This document shows, piece after piece, positions 36,602 through 49,796 of a stretch of 64,000 bases of DNA. Origin of the DNA: Camelus dromedarius (taxonomy: Eukaryota). The notes beneath the pieces are model-generated. The model did no database searches. It was not told where the DNA came from and saw nothing but the letters and a program-made list of their open reading frames with translations. Numbering within the stretch: position 1 is the stretch's first letter; each line of letters opens with the position of its first letter. The DNA lies in NCBI RefSeq assembly GCF_036321535.1, contig NC_087436.1, forward strand, positions 32,428,001 through 32,492,000, written 5' to 3'. Made by a program: the position numbers and the translations under genes.

Positions 36602-36727
36602 TTCTTGAGTGATGAATTTTTCATAGACAGTGCCAAGCTTGTCTCTAAAATCATATACATATTCTTCAACAGCATTCTTTGCATCATTTCTTTCTTTCTC
36701 TAACTTATCCTGCATTATCATCTTCCC
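36602..36727 (-). CDS. HSPA4L: HSPA4L exon 15 ([25 protein letters not shown]...FITQE)
   Basis: AG/GT flanks, 126 nt. Confidence 0.97.
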
Positions 36728-36762
36728 CTATTAAAAAAATTTCAGATTAGTAGCCATGAAAA

Positions 36763-37079
36763 CATTCGGGAAATGTAAACCAAAACTACAAAGAAACAGC
36801 ACTTCACACATATGTGTTGGTGAGGATGTGGAGAATTTGAATATTGCTGTTGGGGATGTAAAATACTGCAGCTCTTAGGAAGAAGTTTGGTGTTTCCTAA
36901 AAAAGCTAGACAAAGAACTACAATATGACCCAGCAATATCACTCCTAGGTATATAACCAAAAAACTGAAAGCAGGGATTCAAACAGATATTTGTACGCCC
37001 ATGTTCACTGCAGCGTTATGCATAACAGCTAAAAGGCAGAAAACAACTCACTTGTCCATTAACAGATGAATGGATAAGT

Positions 37080-37110
<31 letters not shown>

Positions 37111-37580
37111 AAATGGAGTATTATTCTATAAAAATAAAGTTCTGATAGATGTTATAGAATGGATGAACCTTGAAAACATGCTAAGTGAAATAAGCCAGAC
37201 ACAAAAGGACAAATAATACACGATTATATTTATATGGGTTATCTAGAACAGGTAAATTCACAGAGACAAAGTAGATTAGAGTTTATTGGGGGTTAAGGGA
37301 AAGGAGGAATGATGAGTTGTTACTTAATGGTTATAGAGCTTCTATTTGGGGTGATGAAAAAGTTTTGGAAATACTGGTGATGGTTACACAACATTGTGAA
37401 TATAATTAATGTCATGAAATTATTGTACACTTAGAATTTATCAAAATGGCAAATTTTGTTACATATATTTTACCACAATTCTAAAAATTAATAATGTAAT
37501 ATAGCAAAACCTTCTGAACAGTTTAAATTGGTGAATTGTATGGTGTGTGAATTACATCTCAAAAATTTTTATTTAAAAAA
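36763..37580 (+). mobile_element. LINE-1 3' end (L1MB-like)
   Basis: GGATGAACCTTGAAAACATGCTAAGTGAAATAAGCCAGACACAAAAGGACAAATA etc. Confidence 0.88.
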
Positions 37581-37599
37581 AGCATATAGTCATTGTACA

Positions 37600-38020
37600 T
37601 ACTAGGGCTAGAATCTTAGGTTCCCCATTTATTTACTAGCTTTGAGACTGCAGCAAAGTCACCTGACCTCCCTAAACCTCAGTTTTGTTATTCCTAAAGA
37701 GCATACTTCTATCTCGTATGGCTGTTAGTAAGATTGACATAACTCATATTAAAATATTTAGTATAGTGCTTGACACCTAACTGGTGCTGAATAAATGTTA
37801 GCTCTGGGAAGGGCTACAGTATAGTGTTGTGATCCTGAGCTCTGGAGACAGACTATCTGGCTCTAACACAAAAGGTTACTCTCTGACCTTGGGTAATTCA
37901 GCCTACCTTGTGCCTGTTTCCTTATCTATAAAATGTAGATCTCTAACAGTATTTACAATTCATAGTTTTTTGAAGATTAAGTAAAATATCAAAGTATTTA
38001 AAGATGTTGGCAAAAATTAT
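37600..38020 (+). mobile_element. Two adjacent MIR fragments
   Basis: AAACCTCAGTTTTG... and TGACCTTGGG...CCTGTTTCCTTATCTATAAAATG cores. Confidence 0.7.
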
Positions 38021-39003
38021 TATTGTTAAACCAAGAACAAAGAAAGAGTCTGATTATAATAGAGAACAAAATTTGTACTTGAACAAAAACAGTGTATTTT
38101 ACAACATAACACTACAGAGCACTGACATTTGTGAATTTAAAATAGACATTAAAAAACTTAAGAAAAAATCTTATTTTACACACAAAATTTGTCATACCTG
38201 TGCTTCCCCACAATTCATTCCTTTGGGAAAATTAGTTTCAAATCATACAAATTCAGAATTACTCAGGATCTCTAGAAATGCTTTCTTCACATAAATGCAT
38301 CATTTAATTAATGAAAAGGTGATATAAGTAGGTACTAGAGAGAGAAAGCACTGTTCACAATCTCTTGAAGGAACTCCTAGAATAATGTGCAGCAGTTGGG
38401 GAATGTGGGCCACTTCAAAGAAAACTGACCTTCTTTAATGCCAGTCAAGTCTATAGAAATTAGCAACTATTAGAAATGTAAATTTTAAAATAAAAATAGA
38501 TTACTTTTTATACAACTATTGGTAAAGAAACCAAACTTTTTCTTAAGCAACTGTAAAATTAAACATGTAGATATGTAAAGAAAATTTCAAGAATGACAAC
38601 AATTCTTAAAAGTACTGAATGAAGTCAGAAAATATTCTGCCTAGAACCTTAATCTTTAAGGACAACACATTAGAAGAGGGAGGCTGGTAATACTTCCCTA
38701 TATGATGTCTGCTGGGTGCTACTGTTAACGATACAATAAAAGGGGGTAAGAATCATTAGTGTTGGAGTGGCCTTTCTCTACAGTGGAGACATTTCATGTT
38801 TTTCATATAACTAAGGTGAAATTACACTGTACATGACAATACAGCGCAGTATTTTGTTCAAAATACAGTGGTTCAATGATCTATTTAATAATCCCTTATG
38901 AATTACAGACTAGTTTCCCCAAATTTGGGGGATAATCATTGACCTCTACAAAATTTTCAGAACATATTATCACCTAATTCAACATCAACTCAGATTTGTA
39001 TAC

Positions 39004-39141
39004 CTCATTTTCAATGTAGCTGTTGAGAAGATCTTGGCCCAGTTGTCTACACAGGCTACTCTGGATAGGTAGATCAATACTCTTGACTTTTCCTTTTTTA
39101 CTGGTCTGGTTTAATCGCTCTTGTTTATCTGAGGGAGTAGG
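39004..39141 (-). CDS. HSPA4L: HSPA4L exon 14 ([27 protein letters not shown]...YIENE)
   Basis: AG/GT flanks, 138 nt. Confidence 0.96.
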
Positions 39142-39339
39142 CTGCAAAAGAAATGCACAAGAAGTGTAAATTTCTAAAACTAGCTTAAAAATAGATTTAA
39201 GAGACTAATTTCTGATGAAACAAGGTAGAATCAAAAATATTATAATCTACTATACTTTATTTAAAAATACCACTTTAATACTGATAGTATTTTATACTCT
39301 GTAATACACTGAATCTTTCTACATAAAAAACATTGGGCT

Positions 39340-40200
39340 GAAAATACAAATTAAAACCAAGTAAGATGCCACTTCATACCCACTAGCATGGCTATAATTT
39401 TAAAAAAAGGAAAATAAGAATTGGTGAGAATATGGAGAAACTGGAATCCTCATACACAGCTGACAAGACAGCATTTTGGAAAACAGTTGGTCTGTTCCTC
39501 CAGTTGTTACACAGAAGAGATACCACATGACCTGGTAATTCCATTCTTGGGTACATACACAAGGGAAATGAAAATACACATCCACACAAAAACTTGTATA
39601 TGATTGTTCATAACAGTCAAAAAGTGGAGACAATTCAAGCATCCATCAGCTGATGAATAAATAAAATGTAGCATGCATCCATACAATGCAGTATTACTCA
39701 GCCACAAAAGGGAATGAAGTACTGATATATCCTACAATCTGGATGAACCTTGAAAACATGCTTAGTGAAAGAAGCCAGTCATAAAGGACCACATATTGTA
39801 TGACTAAATTTATATGAAATGCCCAGGGGGAGGTTTAGCTCAGTGGTAGAGTGTGTGCTTAGCATGCATGAGGTCCTGGGTTCAATCCCCAGTACCTCCA
39901 TTAAGAATAAATTAATAAACATAATTACCTCCTCCTCAAAAAAGAGAAAAAGAGTTTTTAAAAAATGTCTGGAATAGGCAAATCTATAAAGATAAGTGAT
40001 TGCCTAAGGCTGGCAGGGGGAGGGTTGGGGGTAAATAGAGAGTTACTGCTAATGGGTACAGGGCTTCTTTCTGGAGAGATGAAAATGCTATCAAATTGTG
40101 ATAATGACTGCACAACTCTGAATATATTAAAAACTTTTGACTTGCACTCTTACATGGGAGAATTGCATGATATGTAAACTGTCTCAATAGAATTGTTGAA
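39340..40200 (+). mobile_element. LINE-1 3' end (L1MB-like) interrupted by a SINE
   Basis: ORF2 C-terminal and 3'UTR phrases continue on both sides of 39827-39962. Confidence 0.88.
39827..39962 (+). mobile_element. tRNA-Ala-derived SINE (camelid Vic-1 type)
   Basis: GGGGAGGTTTAGCTCAGTGGTAGAG...CTTAGCATGCATGAGGTCCTGGGTTCAATCCCCAGTACCTCCA plus A-rich tail; degenerate TSD AAATGCCCAG / AAATGTCTGG. Confidence 0.88.
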
Positions 40201-40923
40201 CAATTATAAGCAAAAAATATTGAGTAAAATTAAAAAATTAGAAAAACAGGTTTCAGGTTTTGTATTACTTGAGCACCTAGGATTTACAACTGAATCTTTA
40301 TATAGCCTTTGAAAAAAATCTATACAGCTAACCATCACCATCAAATTAAATTCTGTTTAGGTTAGAAAAATCTGTCAAAGATGAGAGCTCAGAGCTGCAG
40401 CTACATTCAACTGGGTGACTGGGGCAGGGTGTCTCCCCTTCTCTTCTATCAGCAATGACTATCTCAGTATAAGGATGACTCTCAGTAAGAGTCATTTATC
40501 ATTTAAAATTTTACTTTCAAAAATATTTCTGCACAGAGAAAAAATACTTTATGCGTTGCAGCAAAATTCTTAATAGTGGTTAATTCTGAGATGCAACATT
40601 ATTGCTAATTTAAGTTTTCTTCATTTGGGTTATTCTATTTCCTATTTTCTATGAAATTACATGATTTTAATGAGAAAAAAAGTTAATGAAAAACATCTTT
40701 TTTCCTGCCAAAATTAATTTTATTTATATTATTAGGGTTCATTCTTTTAAAAATCCTCTATAATGAATCATAAAATTTATTTATTCTGGTTACATAATTT
40801 CTATATTTTCATAACACTATAATTAAAAATATCAAGTTTATTAAAAGTATGCACTGTAAAGCTAAACATTAATTGAAAATATCAACTTCAAAAAGATACA
40901 GCCACAGAAATAGTAGAACAAAC

Positions 40924-41022
40924 CTTTGTTTTGGTTCCTGTATGATCAATTTCTTCTTCTGGAGTGTGTTCAGCATGACATTTTTGATGACCTCCTTCTT
41001 CTTGGTCAACCTGCATTTTATC
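40924..41022 (-). CDS. HSPA4L: HSPA4L exon 13 ([33 protein letters not shown], acidic loop)
   Basis: AG acceptor, GTTTGT donor, 99 nt, phase 0-0. Confidence 0.95.
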
Positions 41023-41924
41023 CTGGAAAGAAAATGTGTAATTGGGAATATTTATAGTGTCTTTTTCTTTCTTTTTTTTTACTTTTTGTAATGAACAGCC
41101 TCTTAAAAGTTCAAGCCTGTTTTGAAATGTATGAACATAGTGAAGGAGAAGCTCATTGTTTCTGACATGAGAATAACTAAAAATAATTAGATTAACAGGT
41201 AGTAAGTAAAATTAAAAGACCTATTTGATGCTATGTGAATAAATCTTGTTTCATTCACCTGTGGCAAAATAAATGGAAAACTGTTCATAAATCAAATTCA
41301 CAAACCAAGATTCATGAAAGCAAGCTTACAAAAAGAACACTAAACTCAACATGAAAAATATTTATAAAGAACTTAATGTGGGAAAATAAAGTGAAAAAGA
41401 TCCAAAATTTATGTATTACACATAAATTCAATTCTATTTTTTTCAATGTAGTAAAATACTCAAAGGAAATGTATCAGTCAAGCTGTAAACTTTGTAAGAC
41501 AAACTTTCAACCAATAGACTGCCAAAATGGACTCTCCACTTGGCAAGCAATCACAAGTATTAGAATTTTCTGGTTTTTCTTAATCTTATCCATGACCATC
41601 CTCCTAAAAAGAAGAAAGCCTGGAATGTAGCAATCAGTGTAATTTAGGTCTCTCATATATATATGGAGTTGAGCATTTATATAATGCTCAGAAGGCTATT
41701 TTGAATAAACGCTTATTTGTGCCAAAGAGAAAAACAAGTTAGAAGATAATTTAAACCAGTGTTCTTTGTCGTTACAAGGTCAGTTATTTCTGAATTCCAC
41801 CCCCAGGTGCTGCACCCTACCACCTTCCATCTCTACAATTTACCCAAGCCTATAATGAAGAGGTGAAAAAAGTGATACAGTGATTGAGTTGGGGTAATGT
41901 AGGATGACAAAAACACATTATTAA

Positions 41925-42520
41925 CTCTATTTCATGTAATACTGACAAAACAGTGCTGCCAATTAAAGGCCAAAATGCTTGATCACTTAGCATTTTTATT
42001 TTATACTTACTGAACTCTTCTATTCATAGCTGTAAAAGAAATAAACCAAGTAATATAGTTCAGATTTAGAACCCAGCTCTTCTAAATCACTTAATTCAGT
42101 GGTTGATGTCTGAATTTTTCTACATTATTATTGTCCTCTGTCCATCAAGACCATTAATAACCCAGCCATTTGTTTAAAAACTGCTCCAGTATGGTCTCTA
42201 ATATTTTCTTATAAGCCACTGACACCTGTTCTACAAGTTTTATCATAATGTTTATCTTACCAGAAGGAGTCAGTGGATGGTTTTCAGACAACCAGGACTG
42301 GTATTCCTTTCTTGAACGGTCCTTCAACAATGTGTTTAACGTCAGGGGGTTGCAATTGCCTACTTATGCCATTAGGAATAACAATCAAGTTCAAACACGT
42401 ACAGACGATGGTTACTGCCACAGGCAGCAGTAAATATATATTGTCATTTACATGACACATCCCAATTTCAGGTATATTAATAAGTGGAAAATTGTACATC
42501 TTACAGTTGGTATGATAGTA
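41925..42520 (-). mobile_element. TcMar-Tc2/pogo-type DNA transposon remnant (Kanga/MER104-like) with transposase C-terminal fossil
   Basis: Minus-strand peptides VIPNGISRQLQPPDV and, after a frameshift, KDRSRKEYQSWLSENHPLTPSGKI...VSVAYKKI; subterminal ACTGTAAGATGTAC. Confidence 0.75.
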
Positions 42521-42749
42521 ATTTATTAATCTTTTAAAATTACTTTAAGGAGATCCATAGGAATATTATCAATAGTGGGGAAGTTAATGGAAGTACCTCT
42601 AGTGCATAGAACTTGGGTTCTCTAATTTATTTAAAACTCCACAAGGGCTGAGACTCTTTCTGTTCACCGCTATATCCAAACACACAACACACAATCTAGG
42701 TGCCTCTAGTTATTTGCTAAATAAATAAAAAGCACTTAAGAATACAATG

Positions 42750-43200
42750 CAGAATCATTATTATGAACTATACGGATTTACCCGATTTGTCCCTATTGAC
42801 CTTCTCAACTTCGTTTTTTTATTGTCATGCTCCCTTTTTCCACTCTTGTATCTTGTATATCAGCTACCCTTGTATTTGTTATAACACAAAAGGGCATCCT
42901 GCCTTCAGGGCCATTGGACTGGTTATCCCTTCTGCCTGGACAACTACCTACCCACTCCTTACCCTCAAACTGCCTTTTCATCTTTCAGGCTAGCCTTTCT
43001 CTTCCTTCCTCACAGGTGGCTTTCCTCATCACTTAATTTCCACTGTGCATACCCTGCTGTTAGTTTCCTTTATATTTATATGGTATCTTGTTGCTGCTTG
43101 CCTGTCCTTTTCCATTAGAATATAAGTTACAGAAGGGTAGGGACCTTTTTTATCTTACTATTGTATCCTCAGTGCCTAGAACAGTACCTGTTCTAGTAAT
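42750..43200 (+). mobile_element. LINE-2 3' region
   Basis: CTGCCTTCAGGGCC...CCTTCTGCCTGGA...TAGAATATAAG...GTATCCTCAGTGCCTAGAACAGTACCTG. Confidence 0.75.
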
Positions 43201-43202
43201 AG

Positions 43203-43256
43203 AAGTAATCAGATATTTTGAATTTAAATAAGTCATCAGATATTTTGAATTTAAAA
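43203..43256. repeat. 27-bp tandem duplication
   Basis: AAGT(A/C)ATCAGATATTTTGAATTTAAA(T/A) x2. Confidence 0.9.
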
Positions 43257-45573
43257 ATAAATAGATAAATAACCGAAATGGTCAACACTTGCAGAGTAGT
43301 TAAATCATGGTACATTAGTACATTAGTATGATAAACAGAATAGTCTCTTTGATTCTTAGTTTTGTGATGAAGTCTGTCGTGTTAACTTTTTAATATGTCC
43401 AGATATTAATAAATAGTTAGAAAAAGTGTCCATTGTCTGAGACATCCTTACACTGTATTGAAGAAAAGTTGGCAATCTATGTTATGATTTTTCAGGAAAA
43501 TCAAAGCTATCTTAATTTTTAGTGAAAAAAATAAGACCCATAAAATCATCTTTCATAAATTGACTTCCGTGCAAAGAAAAAGTAACTCCTACTGTTGCCC
43601 ACTGCCTGGGTGTCTTTATCTACCTCAGAGCCAGCAATGTCAGCAATAAGGGAGAGTAAAAAAACCTTACTATCCTCTTATTTTCTCCATTAAAACTTAA
43701 ACAATTAGCTTCCAGATTCTACTTAGAACTGGCTCACAAATTGGGAGTGGGGAAGGGAGAGACTCCTTTATAATGATATTTAAAGCCTTCACCTTTTAAA
43801 CTTCCAGATACAGAATTAAAAAGTTCTAGAAAGAACCATTAAGCAATACAGTATACAGGATGTTTTCAACACAGTAGGGTATTCAACATCACCCCTTACG
43901 TTTTTAGCAAAGATAAGGAAACAAACTAATTTATTCAACACCTATTACACCAGCTACAGTAAGGGTTTAAAAGGAGATACTGTATGTCAATGTGGTTACC
44001 AACAATGCCAAATATATGATCCATAACATCAGTTACCTTTCTTTGTCCTTTGATTATATAAATTATAGAAGAAATACTCAAGAACATCTCACTTATCTAG
44101 AAGAAATCCCTTATATTGAACACCAACTACTTGGAAATGTTTTCTAGTAAGCCAAAAACTCTTGTAAGCAAAGCAGTCTCTGAGTGGCCAAGGCAGATGT
44201 TATAAATGTATACATTTTACACAGGAGAGTCTTTTAAGTCCACATCCAGAAATCATCCTAAGGGACTGGCTAACTGGCTCTCAAGCCCACAGACAATCAG
44301 AAGCAGCAAATAAGAAATGTTAGGAAAGGTAGAAAATGGGTGCCATGTTCTTCTTGGTTCTAGTGCCCAGGATTCACTAACAGTGCATAGAGGAAACTAA
44401 AGGTCTAGGCAGAGACCTAAGAAAAAGAGGTAAAGAGTGAAACTGTTTTAAAAACTCCTTCTAAAAGGCAGAGTGCTTTCAACTTTAATAAAAATAAATC
44501 TTAATGGATTAACTTTACATGTCTGACAAAAGTTGTGAACTACAATTAAGAAAATTAACTTTTCACCTATTACTCTTAACGTTAATTTAAGAAAAACTGA
44601 CTATTGTGATTCAGTAACAGATTAGGACAGTGTTTCCTTCACTTCAAGGAGAGGAGAATGTAATGCCAAAATAATACATGAGAAGAATGAAAGAAAATGC
44701 CATGGTCCTTAAATGAAGTACTTTAAGGAGGAGTGGTAGAATTCTGATCAATCTGGAAGAAAAGATTTTACAGTGATTTTTAATAAAAAACAGACAAAAA
44801 GACAACTTTCACAAAAGGGAGAAACTACTGAAATTTAACAAAAGAAAATCCATTCTTAGCATGCACAAATATATGAAAAAAAATATGAAAAATCAAGGGC
44901 AGGTATCCAATTATGATTTGAAAAAATCCAACAAAAGCCATTAAAATAACTTACAAATAGTATACATAAAAAAATGAAAACTTTATGTAATTCAATATAA
45001 TCACTTTCTCCTAAGATTCCTTCATCTATACGCTGCCAAGAGTAAATGCAATGTTACATAACTCATAAGGAAATAAACTGTCAAAAATCTGTTTTTATGT
45101 TACTGAATATAACATATTCTTTTGGTCAACTGCCACAGATATCCCCTAAGTCCTGAAAAATTCTTTATTAAGCATGGATTTTCAATCTAAAAATACATAT
45201 GTATACAGTTCAGAATTTACTATTCTGAATTGGTTTATCTGTAAGCAAAAAAGTTAGCAATAATAAATGTTTTTAATAGATGAAAAGAATTTAGGAAAGA
45301 TGACTCCAGACACATATACATATTTTCCATATAATGCTATGAAGATATATGCAAGCCTCTGAAAAGTATGTTACAATGTGAAAGATGCAGCGCATTCAAA
45401 ATAGAATTATTCTTTAATGCTTTTATTTTTATAAGTCTATACACTGATTCCAACGGCATAACTTCTGAGTAAAACCTCAGTATTAATGTTTTCAACTACT
45501 AAAGTACCAGTTACAATTAAGGTACTGTATATATTATTAATTAGAGGAATCTGGAAATACAATTTCTACATAC

Positions 45574-45773
45574 CACATCATCTTTGCTTTCATTCTTAAG
45601 AGAAGTTTCTGTCTCCATAGGAACATCACTGGGATCCCCTTCTATGTTCTGCTTCTCAATTACTGATGCACTAGCCACACTGAAGATTCCATGGATGTTA
45701 ATACGAACTTTAACCTTCACTTTGGAACTGTCACCATCAGACTGTGGGAAAACATTCTGAATAGTGAAGCTCC
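45574..45773 (-). CDS. HSPA4L: HSPA4L exon 12 ([30 protein letters not shown]...KDDV)
   Basis: AG/GT flanks, 200 nt. Confidence 0.97.
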
Positions 45774-46414
45774 CTGAAGGAAAAAAGAGCTTTGATCAGT
45801 ACCTGGGCCTCAGATTAACTCATTCAATTCATTCATTCAATAATTTTACTATCATCTTTCAGATGCTGGCAAAAAAAAATCATAAAATTATTATCATATC
45901 CTGATTAATTACCATGGGACAGGAATTTTCCCAAGATCACCTTTTTATACACTAATAAATAACCTGGTGTAAAAATTCAGAAAGGTTAAGCAATCTGTTC
46001 AAAATCACCAATGCTAGGAAAAAGGAGTTGGGATCTTAAGGACAAATCCTAACCCAAGGCAATGTAACTTTTAAGTGTTTTGTAATATTGCCACACTACA
46101 ACCAAAATAACAAAATTCAGTTTCTGAGTTTGAAAACAAAATAGATACTCATAATCATTTGGTAATTCATAAATAAAGCAATTTAAAACTTTTTTCTGGA
46201 TTTTTCCTATAGCAAAATTGCTAAGTTATCCAGTCACTACTACCTACTGAGGTCACATTAATTTTTCACTTTAAGAAATCTACTGATGTTTTATTTTTCA
46301 AAAAAAAGTCTCAAATATATAATGTTATCCATAGTAGAGAGAGAATACTGGGCAGAAAAACTGTATAGTAAAAAAAATCCGGTTGACCTTTTTTATAAGT
46401 TCAGTTCTTAACAC

Positions 46415-46782
46415 CTTCCCCCGCACCCCATTCATATATTGAAACTCTACTCTTTAGTACCTCAGAAGGTGACCTTAGTTGGAGACAGAGTCTTTACAAG
46501 GTAATCCAGTTAAAATGCAGTCATCAGGGTAGGCTCTAATCCAAAAACATGGTATCCTTATTTCAATACCAAGGAGAATGTCATGTGAATATACAGATGG
46601 CCATCTATGAACCAAGGACTGAGACCTGTGATAGATCCTTCCCTCACAGCCCTCAGAAGGAACCAATCCTGCCAACACCTTGATTTTGAACCTCTAGCCT
46701 CCAGAACTGAGACAGTACATTTCTGTTGTTGAAACCACCTAGTTCGTAGTACTTAGTTACAGAAGCCCTAGGAAACGAACAC
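46415..46782 (+). mobile_element. MaLR LTR (MLT1B/C-like)
   Basis: GTACCTCAGAAGGTGACCTT...CCCTCAGAAGGAACCAATCCTGCCAACACCTTGATTTT...CCTCCAGAACTG...GCCCTAGGAAAC. Confidence 0.88.
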
Positions 46783-47365
46783 CATTTTCAGTAACTTACT
46801 ATTACTGCTTTAAATAACATAATTTAAATATTTATGTTGTCCCCTTTTTAGTCTGTCAATAATTAGAAAACTTCAGAACTTAATATTCTTCCTCTTTTAA
46901 ATGATACAAAATCATACTTTGTTTTATATCTTCTAAAAACATCACACTCAGCTAAAATGGGTAGTACAGTCTCCTATTTCCACTTATTAATCCAGTGATA
47001 CTTATTCTAGTTGTTGCCAATGAATATAAGTTTAAAATCAGAAAATAAATAATCAGCAGCACAATTTCAATTTACTGATTAGAGTTTTCCCATAAAAATA
47101 ACCCTCACTCAAATCTTTCAGACCAATTACAGTCCGTTTTAAATACAGAAGTCAAAATGAACTGAAAAAGATCCAAAGCTGCTGTTACCTCAGAAACTCT
47201 AAGCACTAAAAAGTGCATATTTAGAAAAAAGTATGAGTATCCTTCTTTAAAAACCCAGTGCTAGCTTAGCTGAAACGTTAATTTGTTTCCTTGATTCAAA
47301 TCTTAACATATTTATTAGAGGCTAAAATTTGTAAAAAAAAAAAAAAAATTGTGGAGTTCTCTCAC

Positions 47366-47499
47366 CAATTCTTGGATCAGGATAAGGCACTTCATGTAAG
47401 TTAGTATAAAATGCATCTAGTTCAAATGGTTCCTTCTTATGGAAAGTAATGACTTTTGAGAATGGGGCAGGATGATTCTTACAGAATACTTCACATTCC
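47366..47499 (-). CDS. HSPA4L: HSPA4L exon 11 ([27 protein letters not shown]...PDPRI)
   Basis: AG/GT flanks, 134 nt. Confidence 0.97.
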
Positions 47500-47869
47500 C
47501 TAAAATAGAGTGGGAAAACAGTTAAAAACAAACAGAAAGTTGCCTATGAACCTAATTACAGAATCCATCTCATTTTGAATTCATAAGCAACAACTGTAAA
47601 GACCTCTGTGCACAAAGATTAAGCAAAATAATTACTGATTTTGCTGTAAATATGCGTTTTGACAGGTTTATGGCTGAAAGTTTTTAGAATGTCTGTCATA
47701 GTAACAGACAATCTAATCCTACTAAAAAGAAAAAAAATACCTGAAAACAGGTATATTTTTAAGGCAAATATATATTTTTTTTTTTGCTCACATCTTGAGG
47801 ATCAAATTCTATCCATTAGTTTCCAAAATACTTATTATATGTAACTCTTTGTATTCTTGCTCCCTTAAA

Positions 47870-48230
47870 AAAATACTTTTATTTGGAAATAATTTCAAAT
47901 TCATAAAATGGTACAAAAATCAAAACAGGGTAAGGAACACCTGTGTACCTTTATGTAAATTTGCTACTATTTTATCCCATTTCTTTCATCATTTCAGTGC
48001 ATACACTCTGTGAATGTGTATAATTTCTTCTGATCAGCTTGAGGGTACATACATGATATCCCTTTACCTCTAAATCCTTCAATGTGTATTTCCTAACAGG
48101 GACATTCTCTAACATAACCACAGTACAGTTGTCAACTTTATAAACTTACACTGATACTTTACAATCCATATTCCAATTTTTTCGGTTGATGTAACAATGT
48201 CTTTTACAGTATTTTCTCTTCTCTAGTACT
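47870..48230 (-). mobile_element. Old L1 3' end fragment
   Basis: TTTTATTTGGAAATAATTTCAAAT...GTGTATTTCCTAACAGGGACATTCTCTAACATAACCACAGTACA. Confidence 0.7.
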
Positions 48231-49689
48231 GGAGGCTTTTAAACTATACATAGCAATTCCTATTCCTTCAACAGTGTAACAGAAATTATTTATAACTGTT
48301 GCTTATAGTGGCCCATAAATGCATTCTTTAGTATTATGTATACCATCGTCATATTAATTATGCAAGGTTTGAAAATCTCACCTTTATGGACCTTTTCCTT
48401 TATCCTAGTTTTGAAGAACCTCCCATTACCTTCTACTTTCTTATTATAGTCACTAGAATATTTTTACTTTATTTATATTTAACTTCCCATATGTTTTCTT
48501 GTAATTTTTTTTTCTGGATCACTTATACTTTTAATTCAAATTAATTCAAATTAACTTTAAAGAATATTTCTTGCCTCAAAATTGACATTAACACATGCCA
48601 TTTAGGATGCCTAGCAAAAACCTCCCAATCAGGCTGATAATCCGTATTTTTGAAATTTGTGCAATAATTTCAGTTTCTTGGGGGTGTGGATGTATAGAGC
48701 ACAGAACAAAATTTTAAATGCAACTTCAAAACATAAATACAAGTTTATTTTATTATACAAATTATATGTCTGAAAAGTAGTCAAATATAATACTTGAAAT
48801 ACAAATTTCATTTTCTTAGGGAAGTAGGCTATTAAATCCCAGCAGTTCACAGAAAAGGAAATATAAATGTCAAAGCATGAAAAGATTGCAGCTCTCAATA
48901 GTCAAAAATACAAATTTAGTAACAAAGTGCTTTTTTTTTAACTATTAGAATGTTAAACTTATAGGGGAAAATGAACTAAAATAGGTTATGTCATGCAATG
49001 TTAATAGGAATATAAATATATATAGTCTTTTTACTGGATAATTTGGCAGTAATAGTTACAATAATGCTCCAATCCTTTGGCTTACTTTGACTCCTACACA
49101 GTTACCTTACAGATATACCAAACATAACTAAAGGAGATGTGTAAAAAGATATTCCTAATAGCACTGCTTGAAACAGGAAAAACATGACTGCACAGTGTAC
49201 TGGTTAAATTATGGCACATATAATTGTTGAAAAAATAGTTACTGTCTATTGACATGGAAAGGTGGCATGTATTTAAAAAAGCAAGTTGTACTGGAGGTAC
49301 ATAGATGACCATGTAAGTATTTAAAAAGTGCTTTTATTTGGATAGTCAAAGAAAATGACTGGACATACATCCACCTGTTAACAATAGTTACCTCTTACAA
49401 AGTGGGCTAAGGGAGTTGGGGCATGGTAAATGCAGGTTTTTAAGTATTTATATTTCTGTACTGTGATTTTTCTTTGAAAACGAGAATGTTTTACTTTTAT
49501 AATCAGATATTAATAAAAAGTATGCCATCATGGCTTACATATTACATATCATTTTTATATTCTTTTTTCTAAAATTTTATTTAAAAGTATTTGACAATTT
49601 TAAGAAGTGCAAATTCCTCTAATTTAGAAAAACAGGTTCAAATTGGTTATTTATGACAAGATCTAACCAAGACTTTAGAAGTAACTCAC

Positions 49690-49796
49690 CCATTTCCATC
49701 TTCAAAAGAGGTCTTCCATCTTAGTGTGATTGAATAGGGAACAACGTCTGTTATGGAAAATTCACGCACTTTAAATGCTGGTGAGAGAATCGCACA
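49690..49796 (-). CDS. HSPA4L: HSPA4L exon 10 ([35 protein letters not shown])
   Basis: AG/GT flanks, 107 nt. Confidence 0.97.

Noticed and set aside
42248..42499. Novel small gene or coding alternative exon from three overlapping ORFs
   Set aside because: Better explained as a frameshifted pogo/Tc2 transposase remnant; the candidate exons tested carry stops in the HSPA4L frame
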